A DNA stretch of 64,000 nucleotides from a virus. Taxonomy: Duplodnaviria; Caudoviricetes. Below, piece after piece: positions 33,994-43,894 of this stretch. Numbering within the stretch: the first letter of the stretch is position 1; each line of letters begins with the position of its first letter. The stretch covers positions 245 to 64,244 of the IMG/VR virus record IMGVR_UViG_3300047481_000568; one strand, written 5' to 3'. The notes beneath the pieces were generated by a model, which was not told the origin of the DNA, made no database searches, and worked only from the letters and a program-made list of their open reading frames with translations. The position numbers and the translations under genes were made by a program.

Positions 33994-35798
33994 TAGACAG
34001 AAGCGACTCCACCACTTGCAGTTACGCTTAATTCAGACAATAACAACAATTTGTTATCTGATGCTTGTACGCCTTCTACAGAAGGGGCCAAAGACGCAAC
34101 GTCAATTACATTGGTTGCTCCTTTAGTAAAGCGCGAAACGCTGACATAATCAACACCATCTATTCCTAGAATAGTTCGGTACAAAGTACCAAGAGTAATT
34201 GTTTGCCCAAATGAAACGTTATCAAAATTAAACAATAATTTGATTGCAGCCTCTACATTATCTTTTACTGCATCTTGAATAAAGCTGGGCAACACTGCTA
34301 CGTTGCATGTAATTTTTACCAAATCCAAGGCAACGCTAGGCATTACTAAAGAGTTAACGCCAACTATTTCTCTTGGAGAAATATAATCATAGATAAAATC
34401 TCTGTAAACCGTGTCTAAAACAATAGGGCTAGTTGTTGGACTAACAACTAAAGTTCCGTCGTACACATCTTGTGGGGTTAGGGCATAAAGTTTAACTTGG
34501 GCGTTTTTGTATGTTGCAGTTGACGCTACACTTGCCGACGCTACGCTTGCCGAAACAAGAGCGTAAGTAAACGTTGTAGGAGTAGGTGTACCTGTTACTA
34601 CATAGGTACCGTCAAATGTATCGTCAACGCCAAACACACCTACGTATTCGTTTGTTGTTAAGCCATGTGCTGAACTTGTTGTTAGCGTAGCCACAGTTGG
34701 CGTCTTAGCTTTGTTGGTTATAACACCTTGTTTTGCTGTAGCACCAGAGACTATTTCTGCTTTTGTTTTAACAATACCCGAAACTCGCAAAAGCAAATCT
34801 TCGTAATCTTGCAAGGATACTGCTCTGTCTTGGGATCTAAATGATGTTGGAATATTTGCTTTAAGAGACACTATGCTTTCAGAATCTGAACCACCAAATG
34901 CACGAATTGAATTTGGGGTAATTACAATTCCGTCATAAGTTGGTCCAAAGGAGTTAGATAGTGAATAAAAAGCAGTTACTGAGTTTGCTTCAACATTTCC
35001 GGCTGCGCCACGGCTCCTACGGTAAGTAATGGTTACAGTAGCATTAGTTGCTGGAATCTTTCCATGAATGCCGTTTCCAAATTGGAGAACAACACTGTCG
35101 TCAGACTCAATGCTTGCTACATATACTTTGTCAGAATTCGTGTTTTCAATTAAACGTGTAACTTGAGAATACGAAACATTTGCTCCTAATACACCTTCTG
35201 CAACATTTACTACAATTGATTCTTTTACAACACCAGTTTTGGACAACGTATACCTTTGACTAAGTTGACCGTTGCTCGTAAAAGTTTCTGTAAAAAACTC
35301 TCCTTCAGTTAGCCTTAAAGTTGCAGGAACTGTTTTGGCATATGTAGTGTACCCAGCAACAGGTGTTCCAGTAGAATTAAAAGCAATTGATTGGTTAGAT
35401 GTAAATATTACAGATTCGGCAGTTTCAACCAGTGGGTTGGCTGTAAATTTAGTGTTTGCTGGAATTAGAATAGGTGACACGTCTGTAGCCAAAGAATTTG
35501 TTGCATTCAAGACTATTGAAGTTTGCGCAGATGTTCTTCCATGAGGAATGTAATCTAATAGACTTGCAATTGCTAACAAAGACGAACGCCTTGTTGCCGT
35601 TTCTAAAAATGACTCCCTGGCCGCTTGGTCTACGTAATAATGCAAAATGTCGCCCATGTATGAAACAAGGTCAACAAACAATACTCCAAAATCCGAACTA
35701 TCTCGTGATGTCCATTCAGGTAAAACGACAGATGCACGATTTAAAAGGTCAGTACGGATAGATTCGTAATCTCGGTTAGTATAATCAAATGTGCTCAT
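33993..35798 (-). CDS. baseplate J / T4 gp6-like wedge protein
   Basis: DYT.RDYESIR..L, PEWT, ESFLETA, FGNG..GKIP, GG.D.ES, RAVS..DY. Confidence 0.9.
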   Translation of the reverse strand: MSTFDYTNRDYESIRTDLLNRASVVLPEWTSRDSSDFGVLFVDLVSYMGDILHYYVDQAARESFLETATRRSSLLAIASLLDYIPHGRTSAQTSIVLNATNSLATDVSPILIPANTKFTANPLVETAESVIFTSNQSIAFNSTGTPVAGYTTYAKTVPATLRLTEGEFFTETFTSNGQLSQRYTLSKTGVVKESIVVNVAEGVLGANVSYSQVTRLIENTNSDKVYVASIESDDSVVLQFGNGIHGKIPATNATVTITYRRSRGAAGNVEANSVTAFYSLSNSFGPTYDGIVITPNSIRAFGGSDSESIVSLKANIPTSFRSQDRAVSLQDYEDLLLRVSGIVKTKAEIVSGATAKQGVITNKAKTPTVATLTTSSAHGLTTNEYVGVFGVDDTFDGTYVVTGTPTPTTFTYALVSASVASASVASTATYKNAQVKLYALTPQDVYDGTLVVSPTTSPIVLDTVYRDFIYDYISPREIVGVNSLVMPSVALDLVKITCNVAVLPSFIQDAVKDNVEAAIKLLFNFDNVSFGQTITLGTLYRTILGIDGVDYVSVSRFTKGATNVIDVASLAPSVEGVQASDNKLLLLSELSVTASGGVASV

Positions 35799-36193
35799 AA
35801 ACTAGAATCCTCGGTAAGGTCAGATGGTAGCACTACAGTAACAGTTGCCTGCTGTCTACCAACGGTGGGTATTTGGTATTCTACTGTCATTCTTATTGTA
35901 GAATCATTGAAGTCACTAGGACCTTCTATCCTTAAGTTGAGAACTTGAACTCCAGAAATATGTCTTTGCATTCCTTGAAGTGCTTCTACTTTGTATTCTT
36001 CAAAAATTAAAGGGTCAAAATTTTCGTACAATAATACGTTTGTATTTGCTCCGTATAACGGAAACATTGGACGTTCAAATACTGATGTAGACAAGTAATC
36101 TACAAATTTTTGTTTTGCAATGTCTTCAGTACTTTGAACTGCTGAAAACTTACCTGAAGTAGTAATATTCATTGGCATTTTTATAATTGTCAT
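35795..36193 (-). CDS. gp25/gpW-like baseplate protein
   Basis: L.T...ER.M.P.YG...L.ENFD. Confidence 0.85.
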   Translation of the reverse strand: MTIIKMPMNITTSGKFSAVQSTEDIAKQKFVDYLSTSVFERPMFPLYGANTNVLLYENFDPLIFEEYKVEALQGMQRHISGVQVLNLRIEGPSDFNDSTIRMTVEYQIPTVGRQQATVTVVLPSDLTEDSSL

Positions 36194-36205
36194 AGAGTTC
36201 CTGAT

Positions 36206-36511
36206 TTAACTAAAAACTTGTACAGAAAGGATAGATCCGTATCCATCTGTTGGGGTACTTGTAGGTGGTTGATTAAGGTTAAGAATAAAAACATTTGTAT
36301 AGTCAGAGTTATCCGTGGTAACTACTACTTGTTCTCCAATTGTTGGTACAGGCCAAACGCCATTTACTTTTTTTCTACCTATAAATGATATATCCAATGT
36401 AAGTTCTGGGCCAAATTTAGACGGTATTCGCACTTTTATTTCACCAGTAGAAGAGTCAGCATAAGAGACAATAGCCCTATGGACATATGGTTGAAAGACT
36501 TCAGTATACAT
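36206..36511 (-). CDS. short baseplate spike (gpV/gp5 OB-fold-like)
   Basis: RAIV...D...GEIKVRIP...VP.IGEQVVV; position between hub and gp25. Confidence 0.75.
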   Translation of the reverse strand: MYTEVFQPYVHRAIVSYADSSTGEIKVRIPSKFGPELTLDISFIGRKKVNGVWPVPTIGEQVVVTTDNSDYTNVFILNLNQPPTSTPTDGYGSILSVQVFS

Positions 36512-37664
36512 ACGCCTCTTCGGTAGTGGCTTTCCATAAACTATTGGAGAGCTTAGAAGGAGGTGGATTTTTAAAAGGGGCTTCCTTAATTAAAGTTAAA
36601 GGGGTTCTGTTAATTGAATCGGTTTTAATTTTAAGTGTTGTAATGTAGTGTTTTTCGTTTAGGTGGTGTGTCGCTTCTTCAATTAACCAATAGCCATCAA
36701 ACTCTGAGTTGTACGAATCTATTAAAACAAGTCTTCCCGGCATTGCGGTAGAGATACCAACAACTTTAACAACGGCAGTCATTCCATAAGAATCTCTATT
36801 ATATTTTCTAACGTATTGCTCTAAGGCGGCTTTAGATGTCGTATTAATTGTTAACTCGTGAGTAAACCTTGAAGGTAGCTTAGTTCCTAATCCACTAGGT
36901 GTGTTTTGAGTAGAAGAGATCCTTAACTCTTTTCCTAAATTGTCCAATGACTTCAACGTCCAATCAACTGCATCTCCTTGAGGGGTAACATCTCCAAAAA
37001 AGCCATTAAATTCATAAATGTTTCCTGGAGCCTTTTCAACACCCTCGTCTGATTCTAGTGTGCGAAGAATTGTAATTGGAGCACTTTTTACGTAATACGA
37101 AAAAGGATCATAAACACTTAAATGAGTGTTGTGAGCTGTTATTGAATAACCAATTTGTTTTGCTGTATTTACCAATAGTTCCCAATCACTAATTCCCTGT
37201 TGTGATATTACAGGAAACACATAATTATTGTTTGGAATTGAATACGAAAAATTGTATTTAGCAGCAATAATTTCTGTTAATTGCTTAATAGTTTTTTTAG
37301 AATATGTTGTGTTTCTTAACGGTTTCATTTGATAACTACTACCAAAGCACACAACTTTAGCCATTTGTATTAATGAATCATTTACAGTTCCCATTCTTGT
37401 TAATGATTCAACTTCAACATAAGCAACATAGCCAGTAAACTCAATTATGTTTGCTTCATTGTTTCCTATTGTTATTCGTACAGGAAGTCCTTTGTAAGCC
37501 ACTACAGCCATTCCTGGAAAACCTCCATAAGTGATAGTAGCTATATCGTGTTTGTTTTCCGAAAAAGTTAACTCAACGTTTCCGATTTGGTTGTCGGGAA
37601 CAGTGCCGCCTTCAATGTCAATAGTGATAATAGCGGAATCGCTAGTAGCGTTAGTAGTAATCAT
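36501..37664 (-). CDS. baseplate hub (gpD/gp27-like)
   Basis: F.GYV, IAAKY, Q.GISDWELL..A..IGY, PG...I..FDGYWLI....H. Confidence 0.8.
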   Translation of the reverse strand: MITTNATSDSAIITIDIEGGTVPDNQIGNVELTFSENKHDIATITYGGFPGMAVVAYKGLPVRITIGNNEANIIEFTGYVAYVEVESLTRMGTVNDSLIQMAKVVCFGSSYQMKPLRNTTYSKKTIKQLTEIIAAKYNFSYSIPNNNYVFPVISQQGISDWELLVNTAKQIGYSITAHNTHLSVYDPFSYYVKSAPITILRTLESDEGVEKAPGNIYEFNGFFGDVTPQGDAVDWTLKSLDNLGKELRISSTQNTPSGLGTKLPSRFTHELTINTTSKAALEQYVRKYNRDSYGMTAVVKVVGISTAMPGRLVLIDSYNSEFDGYWLIEEATHHLNEKHYITTLKIKTDSINRTPLTLIKEAPFKNPPPSKLSNSLWKATTEEAYVY

Positions 37665-37909
37665 GTGGGAATGCGAATACGATCATTTGCTTGCAAGTCA
37701 AATGAAAAATCTATTTGTGGATTTAAATCTAATAATCTCCAATGTTGGGAACTATCTCCATATATTTTTGCTGCAAGGTTTTCAAAAGTATCACCCGGTT
37801 GCACAATATAAATTTGTACAGATGTTTCCGTATAATTTTTCCTTTCAGCCACTACTGTTCCATCTGGGGCTACTGCAAGGCGATACCGAGATAAAGAGTT
37901 AATAGCCAT
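37661..37909 (-). CDS. LysM/gpX-like baseplate protein
   Basis: YIVQPGDTFENLAAKIYGD...W..L.D.NP. Confidence 0.85.
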   Translation of the reverse strand: MAINSLSRYRLAVAPDGTVVAERKNYTETSVQIYIVQPGDTFENLAAKIYGDSSQHWRLLDLNPQIDFSFDLQANDRIRIPT

Positions 37910-39639
37910 TATTCAGTTTTCCTTGTACCGTAAGTTGCGTCTTTAAACAAAACATCGTCTCCAGCAGCAACTGTTTTTTTATATGTTATAGATTGACCAA
38001 CTGGGTATACAGCTCCACCAGTTTCCAAATTTATATAAATAGTAACTTCTACTACAAACTTGTCTTGGTCAAACGGTTTTGGAATAGTGGGTTGCAAATT
38101 AACAGTCCACTTACCTGGAGTTTCATCTTTAATTTTATGCACAATTTTTAAAGCTTTATTGTCTAAGTCATCAGGTTTTAGTTGGGTTGCATCATTGCTT
38201 AGTTCTTCAACTATTTTTCCGGATCCTGTTGCAAGAATAAAAGGTTCTTTTTCTGTTCCCCATGTTTTAAGGAAAGAATCATTAGGAGCACCTTTTTCTA
38301 GGGTGATAGAACCTTCCGCAGATGTTCTTGTTAATTGTCTAGAATTTGATGCCCCAACCACATGTTGATACCACCACATTTTTATTTCTCCAGACCAAAA
38401 AAACGAAGAGACTCCTCCAGTAAGCTCTGTCAGTGAGGTGTTTCTATATTCATTACTTGCATCTGTCAACAACATATCAAAAGAAAAGTTATGTAATGTT
38501 TCAGTAAGGGTTAAATATTTTAATAAATCTTGAGTTGATTTCTGATGTTTAGGAGAGCCTTTATATATAGTTTTTAATCTATCTTCTATTGCATTATGGG
38601 CTAAAGTTTGGGACGTAGTAACCGTCGGCGTATCTGGACCAGTTTCAGTAGTTATTGGATTTGGCGTAGTAAGAATTGTGTTTTGTTTTGAAAAACCAAT
38701 GTATAGAGCTTGAACGCTTAGCTCTACAGTTGCTTGAGTGGGGATAAAGTCTCTAGAAAATTTATGAAAATTTACAGCGCTTTGTAACACAAAACCTTCA
38801 ACCATCATGTTGTTTGAAAGAACGATACGAACTGGTGTTGGAACTAAAAATGCTTGGTTACCTAAATTAGGATTTGATCCTGATTGTCCTGTCCAGAAAT
38901 CAGCAGCTTTTGCATTAAAATCTTTTCGGTCTTGGGCGTCTTGTTGTTTAGCCGTTAATGTAGTTCCTGGGGTTGAAAAAGATTGGGTAGTAGCATTTGC
39001 TGCTGATGCGGCTTTATCAGCAATCTTTTTAATAATGCTTACAGTTTCAGAATTAATTCCTTGTCCTATTACTGCATCTAAAACTAGAATATCAGCAAGA
39101 ACCCCAATTTTGGTTACCCAACTTTGATCAAATTTTTCCGTAGCAAACAAAGAATCTTTATTATCAAAAATTGTTGGCGATGGGTTTTTCTTACCTTCAC
39201 GTAAAATTTTGTTACCTGTTAAATATTGGTTTCTACTGACTTCTGCTTCTCTGTTGAACAAAAGTTTAATGTTAAAAGTTGATTGTCCAGGAATAGGAAC
39301 AGTAAGTTGTCCAGGATCTTGGTTAAAAAAGTATTGAGTATCATAACTATTGCCCGCAACATTACGCACAACGCTCTCTGGTTGAAATTGAAAATTACAT
39401 TTTCTGTTACTAATATTGGTGGAATCTATACCCATATTTTTATAAAACTCATTTAATCTACGAATGTAACCACGAAGGGGTTTATATGTTCCATCTAGCG
39501 TTGACAGATCGTGGGTAGTTGCTCCAGGCCAAATAAACGGAGGGTTGTCAAGATAAGACGGTTTACTTAAGTTATCAAGAGTTGTTTTTACTTTTGAATT
39601 GTATAAATCTTTAGAATCACTAAACAAATTTTGCGGCAT
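37909..39639 (-). CDS. tail tube initiator / minor tail protein
   Basis: FQFQPES, LLFNR motifs; position after tape measure. Confidence 0.6.
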   Translation of the reverse strand: MPQNLFSDSKDLYNSKVKTTLDNLSKPSYLDNPPFIWPGATTHDLSTLDGTYKPLRGYIRRLNEFYKNMGIDSTNISNRKCNFQFQPESVVRNVAGNSYDTQYFFNQDPGQLTVPIPGQSTFNIKLLFNREAEVSRNQYLTGNKILREGKKNPSPTIFDNKDSLFATEKFDQSWVTKIGVLADILVLDAVIGQGINSETVSIIKKIADKAASAANATTQSFSTPGTTLTAKQQDAQDRKDFNAKAADFWTGQSGSNPNLGNQAFLVPTPVRIVLSNNMMVEGFVLQSAVNFHKFSRDFIPTQATVELSVQALYIGFSKQNTILTTPNPITTETGPDTPTVTTSQTLAHNAIEDRLKTIYKGSPKHQKSTQDLLKYLTLTETLHNFSFDMLLTDASNEYRNTSLTELTGGVSSFFWSGEIKMWWYQHVVGASNSRQLTRTSAEGSITLEKGAPNDSFLKTWGTEKEPFILATGSGKIVEELSNDATQLKPDDLDNKALKIVHKIKDETPGKWTVNLQPTIPKPFDQDKFVVEVTIYINLETGGAVYPVGQSITYKKTVAAGDDVLFKDATYGTRKTE

Positions 39640-42281
39640 TAGATTGTCCTCAACAGTTCTCGTTTAAGATCATTATCCAGTAATCGGGCTATTTCTTCAG
39701 CCATACGTCTTGCGTCTGACGGGTTGTTTCCAGTGGAGGTCACGTATATGTTCGGAGCAATTGTAACACTAGTATTACCTGCAACTTGCACATTGGTAGA
39801 ACCCCGTGTTGGTTCATTAGAAACAGGGTCGCCTACAGCAGCAAACATTCCTGGAAGTTCTCCACCAAAATTCCAAGTGTTTCTTTCTGGAAATATGCCA
39901 ACACCTTCTTTTGTTCCCTTTGCTTCCATTGTTGTACCATCTCCAAGGCTGATAGCCACATGGTGTGCTGGAGCTTCTCCATCTTTTCTAAAAAGTAACG
40001 CTCCTTTTTTCTTTTTAGCATCTTCTGGAGACAGTGCCCCACCAGTTTTTTCAGTGTACTTTAAAAGACCGTCGGCGTTTGTATTTCCAAAACCAGGAGC
40101 TTCGTAACCAGATTGTTTAGCTGCCCAAACAACAAGACCACTGCAATCAAACTTGTCAGGATCTGGATTGGATAAATCTCTAGCTGTGTTAAGTTCATAT
40201 GTATCTCCTTGCGCTTTTAACGCTTGGTTTACAAATGCTTCTGCTTTGTTTGTCGCAACAGTTTCTAGTTTTGATATACCTGGTGCAGTTCCTGTACTAG
40301 GTGTTGGTGCGTTGGTTGCACCCAACATTGATTGTTTTCCAGCAACTCCTGCTCCACCTGCAATACCATCATCAAGCAATGATTTTAAGTTAGTTGTTTG
40401 AATTTGTTGTGCGACACTGGTAGTGCCAGCGCTTTGTACAGCATTTAAACCTGCTTGGTATTCAGCCCTAGTTTTTGGAAGTTCTGCAGGTTGTACGTGC
40501 CATGGTTCGCCATGTGAACCGCCAAAAGATTTTAATCCGTATTTTGCTGCATTCTTTTCTACCCAATCCAAATCTCCGGTTAGGTCGGCAGCAAGACCCA
40601 ATTCGTGCATAGATGTTCCTGGAGGGGCAACTGGTGCTCCACTAACATGTCGGTATCGTTTTCCGTTCCAAGATACATCTCCGTTTTCTGATTCTGTGTA
40701 ACGAGAAAGAAACAAAGCTTTCTGATCTTCTTCTGAACGATGACCGTCTGCCAACCCAACGTTTGGATTGTCTTCAAACATTTTTAACAATCTAGTTTTA
40801 AACGATGAATTTAATGGAGAAAATTCTGGTGAATTAACAAGGTCAGCTAGCGGTATCTGCCCGTTTTTAAAAGGGATATTTACACCTTTTGTTTTGTCCC
40901 CAGTAACGGGGTCTCCAGAAGGTGAAGTTGATAATAAATTGGTGCCTAGCCCAGCAAGAGTTAGGCCAAGGGGAGCACCTCCTCCCAAAGTTCCTACAGT
41001 CATTAATCCGCCTGCTGCAATCATTCCGTAACCAGTAAGTTTTCTAAACATGCTGTTGCGTGAAGAGATGTTGGCGCCAACAATTCCACTTAATCTTTCT
41101 TCTAACAATCCCAACGCTTTAGTAACTTTTTGAGTGTTTTCTTCCATTTGTGCAAGATTATCGGCTTGTCGTTTGTAGTAGTTTTCATCACGACCTTCTC
41201 TAACACGAGCCGTTTCTTCAGCCTGTGTTGCAAAACTTTTTTCAATACCCATAACTTGACGGTCTTGTTCTTTAGACGGATCGTACATTGTTGTTTTACC
41301 AGTTTTTTTCTGATATTGAATATTGGCATTTGCATAATCCAATATTTGGTCAATCATGTCTTCAGGCACACCAGACGCCATCAACATAGCCCTAGTGTTA
41401 GATCCTGCTTGACGAGCACCAGCAAGTCTTCCCTCATTAGTAAGTCCAGTTCTTTGAACAATTTGTTGCATGACTTTGTCCATAGAACGTTGTTGACCAC
41501 CAAGACCGTACATGCCAGTGCCCAACATCATTGTCAGTCTGTTGTTAGCAGCAGGTCCTGCAAGAGTTGCTGCTTGTTGCGCAAGTTGATCTGTTCCAAT
41601 TGAGTAACCAGAAAGTGCTCGTAGCCCAGCAAAACCAGCGGCATTTCCTGAAGCGCTCAAACCTGTCTGTGCTTGCATGGTAAGAAGTGTGCTAATGCCA
41701 CCATAACCAAGGCGTTGCCCAGTCATTTCTTGCCGCATGTTGATGTATTGAGTTTGAGAAATGCCTTGTTGCTGTTGGTAGTAAACACCTAATTTGTCTG
41801 CGGACAATGAACGAGCATAGTTATTGTCCATTCTTTGATTCATTGCATCAATGGTGGTTGAAAGGTATTGCATTCCCCTTGCTGCAAGCATTCCTTTTCC
41901 ACCAATTGCGGGCACACCACCGCCACCGCCAGTAGGTGGTTCTTTGTACATTGCAGGAAAATTGATGTTGTTTGTGATCGTGTTAGATCCCGTGCCACTA
42001 ACACTTACCCCATCAGCACGGTCACCATTAACGGTCATTGGCAATTTAACAGCACCAGCTGCCGCTTTACCACCACTGGAAGTTCCAGTTAACCCGCCTA
42101 AACCGCTAATTTCCCTTAAATAATCTAATGTTTTCTTTAACTCGGTGTTGATAGTACCAAGATTATTTTTTAAGTATGCAAAATCAGCTTTAACAGACTT
42201 GATGCCATTAGCCAACTTGTCCATCTGGTCAACGTCAACTTTAAATTTAGCTCGTAAGTCTCCTAAGTTTTTTTCTGCCAT
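39639..42281 (-). CDS. tape measure protein with M15 peptidase and NlpC/P60 domains
   Basis: G/A/Q-rich helical N-terminal part; R...Q...SMHELGLAAD...EPWH; FDCSGLV...HVAI. Confidence 0.85.
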   Translation of the reverse strand: MAEKNLGDLRAKFKVDVDQMDKLANGIKSVKADFAYLKNNLGTINTELKKTLDYLREISGLGGLTGTSSGGKAAAGAVKLPMTVNGDRADGVSVSGTGSNTITNNINFPAMYKEPPTGGGGGVPAIGGKGMLAARGMQYLSTTIDAMNQRMDNNYARSLSADKLGVYYQQQQGISQTQYINMRQEMTGQRLGYGGISTLLTMQAQTGLSASGNAAGFAGLRALSGYSIGTDQLAQQAATLAGPAANNRLTMMLGTGMYGLGGQQRSMDKVMQQIVQRTGLTNEGRLAGARQAGSNTRAMLMASGVPEDMIDQILDYANANIQYQKKTGKTTMYDPSKEQDRQVMGIEKSFATQAEETARVREGRDENYYKRQADNLAQMEENTQKVTKALGLLEERLSGIVGANISSRNSMFRKLTGYGMIAAGGLMTVGTLGGGAPLGLTLAGLGTNLLSTSPSGDPVTGDKTKGVNIPFKNGQIPLADLVNSPEFSPLNSSFKTRLLKMFEDNPNVGLADGHRSEEDQKALFLSRYTESENGDVSWNGKRYRHVSGAPVAPPGTSMHELGLAADLTGDLDWVEKNAAKYGLKSFGGSHGEPWHVQPAELPKTRAEYQAGLNAVQSAGTTSVAQQIQTTNLKSLLDDGIAGGAGVAGKQSMLGATNAPTPSTGTAPGISKLETVATNKAEAFVNQALKAQGDTYELNTARDLSNPDPDKFDCSGLVVWAAKQSGYEAPGFGNTNADGLLKYTEKTGGALSPEDAKKKKGALLFRKDGEAPAHHVAISLGDGTTMEAKGTKEGVGIFPERNTWNFGGELPGMFAAVGDPVSNEPTRGSTNVQVAGNTSVTIAPNIYVTSTGNNPSDARRMAEEIARLLDNDLKRELLRTI

Positions 42282-42293
42282 GATTACTCCTAT

Positions 42294-42447
42294 TTACGCC
42301 TGTTTACGCCAACGGCTCATTGCCGCCCAATAGGTGCGCTGACGCACCGTCATGTTTTGTATGTCGTTGAGCGAAAAGCCCTTGTAAACAGATGCAATAG
42401 CATCGTAATCCCAATATGTACTTACTAGATTAGCCGAATAAAAGGGA
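42294..42447 (-). CDS. frameshifted tail assembly chaperone extension (GT-like)
   Basis: Alternative frame FYSANLVSTYWDYDAIASVYKGFSLNDIQNMTVRQRTYWAAMSRWRKQA has no suitable start; it overlaps the chaperone end at TCC CTT TTA. Confidence 0.7.
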
Positions 42448-43224
42448 GGCCCAGTTTAGTGCGATTGGAAAAGGTTTTTCGCAATGGGCACAGTGGGCTT
42501 CCACCTCCTTGATTTCTGGGCCTGGTTGTGCTTCAAGTAACTTGTCAATAATTGCGGCACGGTCTTTCATGCCAAGACTTTTTGCCCATTTTTCAACGTC
42601 ATTTGGTTTGTTATCATCATCCCACACAGCACAACGAGAAATAAGGATTGTGTTTTGTTCTGGAATGCTCTTGGCTTTTTTGCCAACAATCTGGCTGTCT
42701 TTTCCTGAGACAAGACGAAACTTTTGTTTTGTCCCATTGCGCAATGTTACCACTATTGGTTCTTGTGGGTTGTGTTTTGGTTTTTTAACCGGAAACCCCG
42801 ACATTTCAATTAACACGTCATTTGATTGTGTACAGTGAGGACATTTTATTTCGTATTCACGATTTTCACCGTAGGTTGCACGGACAGTTGCAAGGAATAA
42901 AGAATCCCTATCGCCTAAAATAAGTTCGTCAATAATGTTTGGATTTTCAGATACCTTGATGTTTCCTACAGTGACAACACTTCGTTTTAAAAGTGCTGCC
43001 ATGTATTGAGCATAAAGCAAATCATCATTTGCGTCTAGTGCTGCCAAAGCTTCTTCGTCTTCACCAGTTAGTTCTTTAACTACAGCCGTAGTTTCCCACT
43101 CTTTAGTAGCTTCATTAAAAACACCACAAACTAATTCTAAAGTGGTATTTGGTGTAGCTACTATTCGTGGAACTGGATCGGCTATAGCCGCTGCAATAGC
43201 TGCAGCATCTTGTTGTGTACCCAT
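42430..43224 (-). CDS. tail assembly chaperone (T4 gp26-like, two zinc ribbons)
   Basis: KELTGEDEE, GDRD.L....R.TYG, CPHC, CAHC; between tube and tape measure. Confidence 0.8.
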   Translation of the reverse strand: MGTQQDAAAIAAAIADPVPRIVATPNTTLELVCGVFNEATKEWETTAVVKELTGEDEEALAALDANDDLLYAQYMAALLKRSVVTVGNIKVSENPNIIDELILGDRDSLFLATVRATYGENREYEIKCPHCTQSNDVLIEMSGFPVKKPKHNPQEPIVVTLRNGTKQKFRLVSGKDSQIVGKKAKSIPEQNTILISRCAVWDDDNKPNDVEKWAKSLGMKDRAAIIDKLLEAQPGPEIKEVEAHCAHCEKPFPIALNWASLLFG

Positions 43225-43256
43225 TGTTTACTCCTATGTTTTAAATATGTTTTTAA

Positions 43257-43886
43257 TTAATTTGCTCCAACGATTTTTGTAATATCCTCATCTGTCCAAG
43301 CTACTACAAAACCTTCGTGATGAATGTTAAGTTGTTGAATCATGATGCCATTGTCACCAGCGTTAAGATCGCTAAGACCATAAGCACCAGGCCAGCAGTT
43401 AAACAACTTAAAAGCTAGTTTGGCTTTTCCTGGGTTAACTGCTTTATTAGCAGTAGAACTGTCGTAAGCGTATTGCACTGGAGATGCAGTATATGGATGA
43501 TCAAATACTTGAACAATAACGTTGCAACGATAGTTAGTTTCATTTCCTTTTGAACCGCCTGTTATTCCAGCTGCACCACCGTCAACCCATGAGTGCATGA
43601 ATTGCTGCCATTTATAGAGCTGTGCTTGCTTTGCAAAAGCTCCACGTGCAAATGAAATTGGCGGGAAGTCTGATTGACCAACCATCTTGTGCGGATGGGT
43701 ATTCATTCCACCTTCACGATAAGCAATCAATTCGTTTTGAACTGAAAGCCCACCCATTTGAGCAAAACCTAATTCCCCAATTCCGTCTACCAAGCTACCA
43801 AGAGACCCTGTCTCATCAATAGGTGTAAACCTAACTATAAATTTAAAATTACGAAGAGGGTCTGTACGTTGTGTATGAACTGTCAT
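43257..43886 (-). CDS. tail tube protein (T4 gp19-like)
   Basis: DPLRNFKF, GF....GL, YREGG, NCWP, SDLNAG. Confidence 0.9.
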   Translation of the reverse strand: MTVHTQRTDPLRNFKFIVRFTPIDETGSLGSLVDGIGELGFAQMGGLSVQNELIAYREGGMNTHPHKMVGQSDFPPISFARGAFAKQAQLYKWQQFMHSWVDGGAAGITGGSKGNETNYRCNVIVQVFDHPYTASPVQYAYDSSTANKAVNPGKAKLAFKLFNCWPGAYGLSDLNAGDNGIMIQQLNIHHEGFVVAWTDEDITKIVGAN

Positions 43887-43894
43887 AGTATCTC

